NCBI GenBank assembly: GCA_965218435.1
Contig: CBDCKW010000009.1
Span: forward strand, 928,001-992,000
From: Truepera sp.
Lineage (GTDB): Bacteria > Deinococcota > Deinococci > Deinococcales > Trueperaceae
Length of the DNA: 64,000 nucleotides
Direction of reading: 5' to 3'
The translations under genes were made by a program, and so were the position numbers. This document shows positions 44,350 to 53,788 of this stretch, piece after piece; within the stretch, counting starts at the first letter, position 1; every line of letters starts with the position of its first letter. Below the pieces are notes generated by a model, which had not been told where the DNA came from, ran no database searches, and worked only from the letters and a program-made list of their open reading frames with translations.

Positions 44350-45297
44350 TTAGCGGTTGCTGCGGTTCTCCTCCCACCTGCTTTTAACGCTGTCGCGGAC
44401 GCTCTCCCACGGCTCGCCGTCTTGGTTGTCGCGTTCATAGTCGGCCCGCGCTTCGTCCTCAAAGTCGTGCCACTCGCGGTCTTGGTAACGGGTATCGCCT
44501 GCTAGGGTCTGCCCGTAGCTCTGAGCCATTTCTTCGATCTCGACGTCAGCGCGGCGCACGGTGTCGCGGATGGTTTCGGTCCGGGTTTCGACGTCTTTGC
44601 CGACGATGACCTCTTCAATGACGTGCGCTTCTTTGGCGATCACGGCCTCTTCATCGGTTTCGGTAAACTCAAAGGTCTGTTCAGAAAAGAGGTCGCCCTC
44701 AGTGCCGTCAAGCGTGCGGTCAGCCGGGCGGCGGTCAACGCGGATGGTTTCGTCGCGCAGTACGACCTGCTCTTCAACCGGGCGCTCGGTTACCACCCGG
44801 CGCACCTTCATCCCGCCGCGCTGCACTTCGCGTTTGCCGACCTTAAGCCGCTCTTCAACCACGTTCAGGTGGGCCTCGTCGGTGTTGGGTTCGACCGTGC
44901 TGCTCTCGCCGGTAACCTCGCTGGCTAGGGTATCTGCGCCCACTATCTCCGGATCAACGGTATCTGTCTCGGTACCGGTTAGAGGTGCCGTATAGCTGGC
45001 GTCGTCTATAAACTCGTCTTCAGTATCGGCGTGCCGGTTCATGATCTCGACGGCTTCATTGACGTGATCGTCTTCGGCGCGTACAGAAACCAGCGCTCCA
45101 CCCTGTCTAAGTCCTTCGGCGTAGTAGCTCGCGTCGGTGTTTGAAACACCTTCACGTTCTAGTTCATCTTCGAGGTCCTCCCGGTCGCCTTGCAGGTGGT
45201 TGATGTTACGCTGATTAAAGCCTTGTGCCCGCAGATCATCGATGACCCGCTGGGCGACCTCTTCGCTGCTAAATAGACCGATAACGTTGCTTGCCAT
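44350..45297 (-). CDS. YsnF/AvaK (DUF2382) domain protein
   Basis: EERLKVGKREVQRGG..TVRRADVEIE; close paralog of 43383-44243. Confidence 0.88.
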   Translation of the reverse strand: MASNVIGLFSSEEVAQRVIDDLRAQGFNQRNINHLQGDREDLEDELEREGVSNTDASYYAEGLRQGGALVSVRAEDDHVNEAVEIMNRHADTEDEFIDDASYTAPLTGTETDTVDPEIVGADTLASEVTGESSTVEPNTDEAHLNVVEERLKVGKREVQRGGMKVRRVVTERPVEEQVVLRDETIRVDRRPADRTLDGTEGDLFSEQTFEFTETDEEAVIAKEAHVIEEVIVGKDVETRTETIRDTVRRADVEIEEMAQSYGQTLAGDTRYQDREWHDFEDEARADYERDNQDGEPWESVRDSVKSRWEENRSNR

Positions 45298-45599
45298 AAC
45301 TCCCTCTTTCCAGACGCCTGTAACAAAGTCTCAGGCAGGCCGGTGATACCCACTTACCTACCTGTTGCGACGCCTCGGGCTCGCGAACGCGGAAGACTGC
45401 CCCGTGTTGTCGTGAGTGATTGGTATCATCTCATGAACTGTACCAATTATATTGTAAGATTTTACACCGTCCACACGCACTATTTTTTAGTGCAATTTAG
45501 AAGAGTTCGAGTTAAAACATCTATAAAGCAAGGCTAAGCTGCAAAACAAGGTAAGTCAAGCTTACAATTCTAACCGGTGAAGAAGGCAGATGATAGACT

Positions 45600-47057
45600 A
45601 TGACGCACCAATCATCTACTGCTGCAGGTCACCGGTTTCAGCTCGAGGCGATGATCTCTGGACTAAGTACCGGCATTATCACGCTTGAAACCGATGGTAG
45701 CTTACGCTACGTCAACCGCGCCGCGTTGCAGCTGCACAACGTCACCGACGCTAAAGCGTTAGGCAGTTCGTCGCAGGTGTACCAAGAACGTTTTCGGCTA
45801 ATGGATTTGACCGGCGTCCCGTTGCCTGCGGGTGCTTACCCGCTCGAGCGGCTCTTAAACGGCGAAACGTTTACCGACTTAAACGTCAGAGTCCCGGTTG
45901 AGGGCGACGTATTGGTACATAAGTGCCGGGGTATCTGTATCAAGGACGCCGAGGGCCATACTGACTTTTACGCGCTCTTTATTGAAGACGACACCGAACA
46001 GTACGACGCCGAGCAGCGTTTTGAACGCACCTTCGGAGCCAATCCTGCCCCGGCCCTGATCAACCGGCTTTCAGATTTGCGCTTTATCAAGGTCAACGAG
46101 GGGTTTCTGACCATGACCGGGTTTAAGCGTGAAGAGGTCATCGGGCGCACGGCGTACGAGTTTGACGTGTTGGCCGGGGTTGAGGGGAAGGAGCTGGCCC
46201 TTAAAAAGTTTCACGCCGGGGAGACCATCTCGCCGCTCGAGTCGTATCTCGCTACCCGGTCGGGCGGTAAAAAGTTCGTCGTCGTCGGGGGGCAGCCGCT
46301 CGAGGTCAACAACGAGCCGTGTATGCTCCTGACATTTATTGACCTCGATGAACGCAAACGCACCGAGGACGCTTTGCGGCAGAGTGAAGAACGCTTTTCT
46401 AAAGCCTTCTCGCTTGCGCCCGTAGCGGGCGTGATCAGCGCCGTGGCCGACGGCCGCATCTTTAATATCAACGACGCCTTCACTAAACTTACCGGGTACG
46501 CGCCGGGTGAGGCCGTCGGGCGTACCCCTGCTGAGCTTGGGCTGTGGCGGCATGAAGGGGAAAAACTCGTGACGAACTTGCTAAAGACCAAGCGGGGCTA
46601 CAGTGGTCTCGAGCTTAAACTCCACACCAAAACCGGCGAGGTTTGTGACGTCACGGTTTCAGCGGAAACGGTCATGATCAATGAAGAGGCGTGTGTGCTC
46701 TCGATGTTTCAAGATGTAACCGAGTGGAAACGTACCGAAGCCGAACTGATCGAAGCGGTCAATATGGTCATGAAAGACCCCGAGTGGTTTAGCAACTCGG
46801 TCGTTAAAAAGCTGATGAGTGTCAGAGGTAAAAAACCTACGCCGCAAACCGAAGTCAAACTCAAGCGCCTGACGACACGCGAACGGCAGGTTTTAGAGGC
46901 GATCTGTCGCGGCCTAAGCACGGCTGAGATTGCGACGAAGCTGGGCGTCGCCGGCAACACGGTGAGAAACTACTTTTCCAGCTTGTATAAAAAGCTCGAG
47001 GTGCATTCGCGGGCTGAGGTGATCGTCTGGGCCAAGCGGCATGACGTGATGATGTAG
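45600..47057 (+). CDS. Multi-PAS domain LuxR-family transcriptional regulator
   Basis: Three PAS-like repeats; C-terminal LTTRERQVL..TVRNY..KLEVHSR. Confidence 0.9.
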   Translation: MTHQSSTAAGHRFQLEAMISGLSTGIITLETDGSLRYVNRAALQLHNVTDAKALGSSSQVYQERFRLMDLTGVPLPAGAYPLERLLNGETFTDLNVRVPVEGDVLVHKCRGICIKDAEGHTDFYALFIEDDTEQYDAEQRFERTFGANPAPALINRLSDLRFIKVNEGFLTMTGFKREEVIGRTAYEFDVLAGVEGKELALKKFHAGETISPLESYLATRSGGKKFVVVGGQPLEVNNEPCMLLTFIDLDERKRTEDALRQSEERFSKAFSLAPVAGVISAVADGRIFNINDAFTKLTGYAPGEAVGRTPAELGLWRHEGEKLVTNLLKTKRGYSGLELKLHTKTGEVCDVTVSAETVMINEEACVLSMFQDVTEWKRTEAELIEAVNMVMKDPEWFSNSVVKKLMSVRGKKPTPQTEVKLKRLTTRERQVLEAICRGLSTAEIATKLGVAGNTVRNYFSSLYKKLEVHSRAEVIVWAKRHDVMM

Positions 47058-47349
47058 CACTGTGACGCAAAAAGGTGACCAACACCGCGTTTTCTCTGCT
47101 GAAGGTATTTCTGTGCAACCTGAACCCCGGACGACATCCACCGACACTGAATAAACCTGTACCTAAGGTGACTCGAGCTTTTGCTGACCTCGTTTGAACG
47201 AATGAAGGCTTATCAAAGCTGTGAGAAAGGCATCTTTAGAGTGTGGCTGCTTGGCTTTCGTTACCTTGACGCTAGCTATACAGACTTTTGTCCGGGCTTG
47301 AGTGCATAGTCTTGACAAATAGCGCATACAGGTATACCCTTAAAGAATC

Positions 47350-47378
47350 AGAGCACTCAAGACGAGTGCTCTTTTTTT
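47350..47378 (+). terminator. Intrinsic terminator-like hairpin
   Basis: AGAGCACTC-AAGAC-GAGTGCTCT followed by a T-run. Confidence 0.6.
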
Positions 47379-47753
47379 GCCCTTTTGCAGGCTACTTTTC
47401 TCTTAGCGACCTCAGTCGAAGATTCTCTTAGCCGCTCGAGCACCAACGCGTCTCTGCTGAGTTGCCCAGCAGCCTAACGACTCGCTCTTACCGGGCTACA
47501 TTCGAAATTGCCGTGGGTTTATCAAAGACAATGACCTCAGCAGGAGACAGTGTTCTGGCACGTCTCGATCTTTTGGAAGTCAGGTAGAGGCCAACGGTTG
47601 AGGGAATGACGGGGAGTAGCGACCTCTTACCTAAGAGTGACCTCAAGGCCGTGAACCGAATTATGTAGCTGTAAATAAGGTGTAAACCGACTTTATAAAG
47701 AGCAACCCCCGCATCCGACGGGGGTCCTTTGTTGCGTCACACACGATCTTTTT

Positions 47754-47798
47754 TGGTAGGCGCGGGCAGGATTGAACTGCCGACCTCTACAGTGTCAA
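47754..47798 (-). other. 3' half of tRNA-Val(GAC): att core at the left boundary of an integrated element
   Basis: Reverse complement TTGACACTGTAGAGGTCGGCAGTTCAATCCTGCCCGCGCCTACCA; similarity stops at the anticodon loop. Confidence 0.85.
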
Positions 47799-48527
47799 GG
47801 TCAAAAAGGCTTTCACGGTTAATCACGCATCGTCACTTAACAAGCTAAATAACTCGACCCTGACGCAAATATATCAACTGCACTTTTTATTTCATCACGA
47901 GCTTTCACGCTTTGTTTTGAGCCTGTGGTCTTAAATTGGTCTTAAATTGTGGGCTTGGTATTAGCGTCACAAACAGGGTTATTTGAATATTTTATTTCCA
48001 CGCACCAGGTCTAAAACCTTCGTCTTTAGGCGAACAGCTTCAGCAGGCGCTGACACAGACGAGCCGACTGAAAGGCTCCGCAATAGTATAAAAAAGGAAC
48101 TATCGTGCTGATGCTCAATCACTTATAACCTAACTTAAAAACCTCACATAACCCCATGACTCATAGCCCACAGGTCAAACACTCAATCAAAACCGGTCAT
48201 AACCCCATGAGTCAATGGTGGGCAGGTCAAACGCATAACCCAAGGTCAAAGCTGCTCAATGCGTTGACTTTGGACTGCGCTACCGCTAACCGGGCACTTG
48301 ACGAGGGGCGTAACGCTCAAGCATGTCCAAGAACAATGCGTTCAGCGCCTTCATCTTCACTCTTGGCTCCTGGGCCAACTCGTCGCCTCACCGTTTGCGT
48401 TCGAGCAGGTCTGGAGATGATACAAATAGTGCCGACATATAGGCTGAGTTCCAGTTATGCTGTGCTTACGCATTCGCGGTGTCTGCAATCTGTTGCACCC
48501 ACTTGGCGGCTTTAGGAGGTAAGTGCG

Positions 48528-48887
48528 TTGCTAAAAGCTGTTATCGCTTGGCACGACCGTCTTGGTGGCGAGCAACTCTGTTTGTGGACTGCTAACGCAT
48601 ACAAGGATGACGCGGCAGCTTATGCCGACTTTCTAGGTGATACTACGATCACCGTCTTTCACGATGACCGTACTGAAGCCTTCGTTGGTATCGACATCGA
48701 CTATCTCTCAGATGTGCTTAAGCACGAAGCGCTCTTGCGAACGCAGCCATACCCGCTTGTTGAACTGCTTAACGCTCCTCTAGCCGGTGTACACCCGGTT
48801 GACGCACTCCTCTGGGGCTATCATCAGCTCGCACTTAAAAGGATCGAGACCAAGACAGACGTATACGGGCTGCTGCGAAAAGGATAG
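48528..48887 (+). CDS. Hypothetical protein
   Basis: Strong AGGAGGT RBS before the TTG start. Confidence 0.6.
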   Translation: MLKAVIAWHDRLGGEQLCLWTANAYKDDAAAYADFLGDTTITVFHDDRTEAFVGIDIDYLSDVLKHEALLRTQPYPLVELLNAPLAGVHPVDALLWGYHQLALKRIETKTDVYGLLRKG

Positions 48888-49046
48888 CTAGAGAACAGCT
48901 TTACGGCACGGGAAACGTGTTCCGCACGCACCGATGTGTTCTCGAGCCCCTTCAACTCGGTTTAGATGGTGAGGGTAAGCGTCGTCGTGATGATGACATC
49001 CTCTCAGGGAGCGTTTAAGTGCGGAGCTACGGTTTGTTACCAAACC

Positions 49047-49353
49047 CTAGTCTAAAAAACCCTCGCGTTTCTCCTCTTCATAAAGCCGCTCGACCACGAA
49101 CTGCTTGAGCAGCGTTTGGTACGCCAGTCCTTTCTTATCGGCAAGGCGCTGCAACCGCTCAGCGGTATTGCGCTCGAGTCGTAAAGACGTGGCCCGCGTC
49201 TGGACTTTAGGGCGGTCCGTCGTCATCGGGTTCGTTTTTTGCCAAGTACGCTTCGGTTACTTCGTGGGTATCCCAGAACGCTTGGGCTTCAGCCTCGCTC
49301 ATGCCTTCAGGCACTTCGCCGGGGTCGGTTAAAGGGATCAGTCCTCTACTCAT
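49047..49353 (-). pseudogene. BrnA/CopG-like antitoxin, frameshifted; upstream toxin apparently deleted
   Basis: SEAEAQAFWDTHE...SLRL...LADKKGLAYQTLLKQFVVERL. Confidence 0.75.
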
Positions 49354-49615
49354 ACGGTGCGCCTCCTATACGATTTCTTTTCGTTGGCTTTTGGCGTCGT
49401 CCCATTGAAAACTTGTTGTGCTCAAAGTATACGCGATTGTAGATACTAGACGCAGCTGGTGGGCTCGAGCTTGACACGTTTAATCTAGGTATGGGTCAGG
49501 CGTGGTCAGAGCTTGAATCAGAAACCGGACATAACCCCATGGGTCAGGGTGAAGAGGTTAGAAGGGTCTGACATAGACGATTAGGTCAGACCGTTTCAGC
49601 AGCTCTTATTGAGGG

Positions 49616-50593
49616 TCAGTATTTGGGCGTTCCCTCTTCAAGTTCACCGTCGGCATAGTCAGGATGTACTTGCACAATCTCTGCCCACGAACTACCGTAG
49701 AGCACGGTGACGGTGTAGCGGCCCATGTCCCAGAAGATGTCTCTGACCCTCCGATAAGCGGAAATCAGCCGTTCCCGGTCGTCGCTGAGCCGCTCGACAA
49801 ATAAGGTTTTCCGCCAGACGTTGTTCCGCACTACCAGATATTTCTCGGTGTCGGCTTCGCTGATGCCTAACGCTTCGTAGTTCGGCTCATGTACAGCGTA
49901 ACCAAAGTGATAGAGGTGACGCTGCTGGGATTCATAACTCAGCCACGGCTCCTCTTGCCTTGCTCGACCTTCCCTGATCCGTGTCATCCGTTCGGTACTC
50001 TCTGACAATTTGCGTGCATCCTTCTTTTTCCTGCGTTGCTCAGCTTTGTCGTACTTTTTGAGGTCTTCGAGCGTCGCTGTAATCTGCCGTGTCAGTTCGG
50101 CAAAGAAATCCGCAAAGCTGGCTAACACCTCCTCGAGCTTGACTTCGTTGTAGCCGACGACAAACTCTATCCAAATACGACTGCTGTCTTGCCGCTTGGT
50201 AGTGAAGGCGTAGGTAAGCAGCTTGTGACGGCGTTGTAGGGTGCCAAAGATAAAAACTTCATGGTAATCCCCACCCATGACGAAAGGGCGGAGTAGCGGG
50301 ACTTCAAAGGCTAGCGTCTCTTCATCTTCATAGAGACAAAAGCCCAGCGGTCTGTCGCCCAGGTCTACGGCAGCAACAGCAGCTTTTTTGCCGTCCCTAA
50401 ACTGTAGCCCTTCCCAGGTTACGCCGTGGTGCAAGGCGCTTACGCCCTCGAGCGCAGCGCCAAAACGCTTGACGCTAGGCCACTCGGGTACGTTGATAAC
50501 TCTTGCACCTTTCTGCCAAGCGTAGGTGTAAGGGTTTGTTCCCGGATACACGGCGTCTTGCTGGTGGTAAATATGGCGTTCAAATTTCATCAA
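49616..50593 (-). CDS. Hypothetical protein
   Basis: 325-aa ORF with AGGAG RBS; no recognised motif. Confidence 0.7.
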   Translation of the reverse strand: MMKFERHIYHQQDAVYPGTNPYTYAWQKGARVINVPEWPSVKRFGAALEGVSALHHGVTWEGLQFRDGKKAAVAAVDLGDRPLGFCLYEDEETLAFEVPLLRPFVMGGDYHEVFIFGTLQRRHKLLTYAFTTKRQDSSRIWIEFVVGYNEVKLEEVLASFADFFAELTRQITATLEDLKKYDKAEQRRKKKDARKLSESTERMTRIREGRARQEEPWLSYESQQRHLYHFGYAVHEPNYEALGISEADTEKYLVVRNNVWRKTLFVERLSDDRERLISAYRRVRDIFWDMGRYTVTVLYGSSWAEIVQVHPDYADGELEEGTPKY

Positions 50594-51019
50594 GCTGCTC
50601 CTAAAGCAAGGCTTAGCCCAAACGAGGGCAAGCGGCTATGTCTCGACCCAGTGATGTTTGCGTGCAACACCAACGAAATAGACGCGGCTAACGCTCGAGT
50701 TACACGTGCAAAAATCTATGTTGTTAAAAAAGGGTTCTTAAAAGTCACCAAGCGCGTTTGCTTCTGCGGACAGGCCAGGTGCTTTGGAGTTACAGGTAAT
50801 TTTTGCTAACGCTCGTTTGAAGCTGTCTTGACTTGCTCGAGTAAAGCGGCAGAGCTTGCCATACTAAAGCGTGTGGAGCTGTTCGTCTTGGCCTTCCTGG
50901 TTATGCCTGCGGCAAAAACGGTAAAGGTATCAGCGAAATCTTGACTTGTCGCCAACGCATCGTTTTCCACAGCATTAGTTATAGCATAGATGAGATCGAA
51001 CGCTACAGAACTTGAGATT

Positions 51020-53788
51020 TTAAGTCACAGTGTATGTGTCGGCAAGCGTCTGTAACGTCGTTGCTGCATTGAAGGCATCGTGTGGAATGAGCAGATACGC
51101 CCAGGGCTTTGCACCGTTAGCTTGCGCGTGTTCGCTGGCGTGGCGACACCACGTCGCCGCCGCTCGAGCCTTCTTCTGCACCGTCTCGTCATCTACCTGA
51201 TCCCGGCGCTTAGGCTCGCACAGGTACTTATGTGTCCGTGTTTCGACCACGAAGTCCGGTTCGTAATAGTGCCCTCGTTCGTAATGAATCGACAATTGCG
51301 TCCGGGCAGGCTTAAACCACTTGAGCGTGTCTTCATCACGCTCGAGCAAGCGGGCGAACTCGAGTTCAGTGTTCGAGTCGAATTTTTGCAGGGGATACAA
51401 GCACTTGCCAAACCCTGAAAAGATCATCCGGCGGATGCGTTGCGGGTCGCTCACTGTTTGCTGAAAATCTACCGGCGCGCATCCTTCGGGCGCGTCGTAG
51501 CTGTTCGCGCGTAACTGGCTAAACCCCTGCACCACCTTCACCTCGTAAGCCGTACTCTCTTCGCAGTAATTCGCCTGCATCTGGGTATGAACGAGTTCAG
51601 CTAACCGCCTACCGTGATAGTGCAGCACGTTGTCTACCGCATCCTCGTTCGCCAGATACCCCCGCGCGTGCGCGACGACTTGCCCTGCCAGGTCATAAAG
51701 CACCTCGGCGTGCGTGTCGTAAGACACGTCATCGTAAAGGCGTAGATGGTTGACGAGATAGTTTTCCGGTCGGGCCTCCCAGATGGCGTACACGCCCCGT
51801 AACCGCTCGCGTTCGTGGGTGCGAAGGTAGTGAATCAAGATGTCCTGCGACACGGGTTGCAGGGCAAAATCCAAATCCAGGTCGAAGCATTCGTACTTAC
51901 CGGTAACACGTCCGATAGGCGTGAACCTGATCAGCGGGATGTCTATCGTGCGCTCCATAAACATGCTTGTGACCGTAGCGACGATACGGTCGGGATCGGG
52001 TCGCTGCACCTCTTGCTCTGCCGCACCCTCTCCGGCGTCCTCGAGGCGCTGCACCACTGCCGCACGTTGGGCAATCTCTCTAAGCCCTGCTTGTACTTCG
52101 GGCTGTAAGAGCGCCTGGGAGGTTGGCAGGTGGCTGTACTGCTCACTGATCGCCGCGCGGACGCGCCTCGCCATCTGGCGCTCGAGCCCTGTTTCAAAGA
52201 TGCGTGGTTGTGGGGGGAGCGTCGCCTTGCTCGGGGGAGTCGTTTCCACTACGCCCGGAACAGCCTCATCCTTTAGCACCTCATCTGTAGGCGGTTCGGC
52301 AAACGCCTCATCCAACCCGGAGGTTACAGTTATCGCCGTGCGTGCCTCGACGTGAATGTCACGCCCGATCACAAGCCCGGTACGGAGGATCGACTCTGGT
52401 TTATTCGCCTCGGCAATAATCTCCGAAAACTTGTCGTGGGCGATGATGTTGAGCCGGTCTACCGGCTTGACCCCGGTGCGCCGTCCAAAAGGTAGCCGCA
52501 ACCCGCGCCCGATGGACTGCTCGATAAGCGTTTTTGAGTTGGCAGCGCGTAGCGGGACGATGGTGTAAAGGTTCGTTACGTCCCAGCCTTCTTTAAGCAT
52601 GTTGACGTGAATAACGATCTCGGTAGGCTCTTTCGGGTTTTCGACCTGCATCAGGCGCTGCACATTGTCCTCGCGCTCTTCACCTGTCAGGCTCGAGTGA
52701 ACCGTAATCACCCGGTTCTTGTAACGCCCCTCGAAAAAGTTGTCGCTCTGAATCGTCTCTAGGAGCATCCCGGCGTGTTCGGTGTGTTGAGCAATAACCA
52801 AGATGAACGGTTTAACCGGCAGCGTATCGTTCTGTCGGGCGTAGAGGTCGAGTTCGACCTTGGTGTCTTCATGAAGTCGCACCGCATCCTCGAGCTTCAA
52901 CCGCTCTAATTGCCCGTCGCCTTTATAGTTTTCGGGATTGAAGTTTTCGCGGGTGATGACCGTCGGCTCTTTAACGAAACCATCTTTAAGGGCGCTCGAG
53001 AGTGGATAGCTGTACACAACGTTCTTAAATAGGATCGCCTTGCCCCCGCGCTCTACTTGCGGCGTCGCGGTCAGCTCGAGGCCCAACACCGGCTTAAGTT
53101 CGTTGATGGCGCGTACTCCGGCGCTGGCGCGGTAGTGGTGCGACTCGTCCATCAGGAGCACGAGGTCTTTAAGCCCTGCCAGGTAGTCGAAATAGCTCGT
53201 CCCGATGATCTCGCGGAAACGTTTGATTAAGGGTGCGTTGCCGCCGCGCACTTCGCTGTTGATTTTAGAGATGTTAAAGATGTTGATCTCGACCGGGCTA
53301 TACAAACCCAAAGGCGGTTGCACCCGGTACTGCTGATAGGTGTCGCCGGTAATGAGGTCGGGCGGCGTCGTTACGAACTCGGCAATCCCCTGAAACACAT
53401 ACTTGGGCGTGTTCGGCGTAAAGTCGGCGATCAACTTGTCGTAAACGGTAAGGTTCGGCGCGACGACGAAAAAGTGCTTGATGCCCTTCTCGGCGTATAG
53501 ATAGGTGACGAACGCCCCCATCAGGCGCGTTTTGCCGACGCCGGTCGCCAAGGCAAAACAGAGTGAAGGAAACGTCCGCTCGAAGTCCTCGACGGTAGGG
53601 AACTCGCTGCGGACAAGCTCGAGCGCCTCTTGCGGGTTCAGCTCTCCGGTCATGTCTAAGATGTCGGTAACGCGGCCTAGAATCTCGAGCGAACGGCGTT
53701 GCGGCGCTCGCAAGCTGAGCCGCCCGCTGATCGCGTTGATGGTGCGTGTGCCAGTTTTGAGGGTAAAAGGTGCTAAAGGTTGCGTCAC
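51020..53788 (-). CDS. res: Type III restriction enzyme Res subunit
   Basis: LATGVGKT, DESHH, EGWD, QSIGRGLR; C-terminal PDF..EPK nuclease motif. Confidence 0.92.
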   Translation of the reverse strand: MTQPLAPFTLKTGTRTINAISGRLSLRAPQRRSLEILGRVTDILDMTGELNPQEALELVRSEFPTVEDFERTFPSLCFALATGVGKTRLMGAFVTYLYAEKGIKHFFVVAPNLTVYDKLIADFTPNTPKYVFQGIAEFVTTPPDLITGDTYQQYRVQPPLGLYSPVEINIFNISKINSEVRGGNAPLIKRFREIIGTSYFDYLAGLKDLVLLMDESHHYRASAGVRAINELKPVLGLELTATPQVERGGKAILFKNVVYSYPLSSALKDGFVKEPTVITRENFNPENYKGDGQLERLKLEDAVRLHEDTKVELDLYARQNDTLPVKPFILVIAQHTEHAGMLLETIQSDNFFEGRYKNRVITVHSSLTGEEREDNVQRLMQVENPKEPTEIVIHVNMLKEGWDVTNLYTIVPLRAANSKTLIEQSIGRGLRLPFGRRTGVKPVDRLNIIAHDKFSEIIAEANKPESILRTGLVIGRDIHVEARTAITVTSGLDEAFAEPPTDEVLKDEAVPGVVETTPPSKATLPPQPRIFETGLERQMARRVRAAISEQYSHLPTSQALLQPEVQAGLREIAQRAAVVQRLEDAGEGAAEQEVQRPDPDRIVATVTSMFMERTIDIPLIRFTPIGRVTGKYECFDLDLDFALQPVSQDILIHYLRTHERERLRGVYAIWEARPENYLVNHLRLYDDVSYDTHAEVLYDLAGQVVAHARGYLANEDAVDNVLHYHGRRLAELVHTQMQANYCEESTAYEVKVVQGFSQLRANSYDAPEGCAPVDFQQTVSDPQRIRRMIFSGFGKCLYPLQKFDSNTELEFARLLERDEDTLKWFKPARTQLSIHYERGHYYEPDFVVETRTHKYLCEPKRRDQVDDETVQKKARAAATWCRHASEHAQANGAKPWAYLLIPHDAFNAATTLQTLADTYTVT

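Noticed and set aside
47350..47372. CIRCE (HrcA operator)
   Set aside because: Spacer is 5 nt rather than 9, the outer bases differ, and no chaperone gene follows.
47754..47798. Functional tRNA genes here and at 20478-20522
   Set aside because: The 5' halves (acceptor 5' strand and D-arm) are missing.
48005..48080. IS605/tnpB right-end remnant
   Set aside because: Only a vague hairpin resemblance, with no associated tnpB sequence.
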